Below are positions 44,901 through 44,984 of a DNA stretch of 44,984 nucleotides, piece by piece. Position 1 is the stretch's first letter; the number at the start of each line of letters is the position of its first letter. Below the pieces are notes generated by a model that was not told the DNA's origin, did no database searches, and saw nothing but the letters and a program-made list of their open reading frames with translations. Location of the stretch: assembly GCA_964499825.1 (NCBI GenBank), contig CAZCOP010000001.1:1-44984 (forward strand). The letters run 5' to 3'. The DNA comes from an uncultured Candidatus Bathyarchaeia archaeon. GTDB taxonomy: Archaea > Thermoproteota > Bathyarchaeia > Bathyarchaeales > B26-1. The translations under genes and the position numbers were made by a program.

Positions 44901-44984
44901 GAATTATGGTTAAGCTATTAAACTTAGTTATGGAGTTGCCCGTGGGGATACTAAGACCATAGGTAACGTCATTATCGTAACAGG

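Noticed and set aside
1-44984. Search for CRISPR arrays, rRNA/tRNA genes, transposases/integrases or recognisable defence systems other than vapBC.
   Set aside because: I saw no regularly spaced repeats, no recombinase- or transposase-like ORFs and no RNA gene signatures. The only repeats are the gene-fragment pair at 1/1207, the nuoL 24-mer pair and the 13-nt A/T box pair at 44874.

Overview
This is an archaeal chromosomal segment. It has A/T-box promoters, many GTG/TTG starts, 4-8 nt gene overlaps, an eIF1A-Rio1-KH cluster, Topo VI B/A, and AGG/AGA/ATA-rich codon usage typical of thermophilic archaea. Contents from left to right:
(1) A vapBC toxin-antitoxin pair in an AT-rich patch, bracketed by two decayed copies of one gene fragment.
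(2) A compact minus-strand histidine operon, hisG-D-C-(HAD)-B-H-A-F-I.
(3) A divergent class I aldolase / cupin-type phosphoglucose isomerase pair.
(4) Housekeeping genes: aIF1A, Rio1, a KH protein, Top6B/A, a radical SAM protein, an unexpected PdxJ and a SERCA-like P-type ATPase.
(5) A stress-type patch with two DJ-1/PfpI paralogs, an alkyltransferase-like protein and a pspA-pspAA-2TM module.
(6) Two divergently transcribed tungsten aldehyde:ferredoxin oxidoreductase (AOR) operons.
(7) An 11-gene operon in complex I order (A-B-CD-H-I-J-K-L-M-N) followed by an FrhB/FpoF-like gene fused to a CBS pair.
(8) A convergent double-FtsX ABC permease.
The most interesting signal is the complex I-like operon. 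Its NuoB and NuoCD homologues keep the complete cysteine signatures and the cleavable tail of group 4 [NiFe]-hydrogenases, yet its membrane arm and gene order are those of Nuo/Fpo. Secondary leads are a HAD phosphatase with a very large cap at the hisB-N position (candidate archaeal histidinol-phosphate phosphatase), an orphan PdxJ, the psp-like module, and an aldolase-AOR pairing. There are also four reading-frame or start-codon anomalies (hisH, ATL, nuoA, FtsX). No rRNA, tRNA, CRISPR array or transposase was seen. All calls come from reading the supplied translations and sequence by eye; no database search was run.
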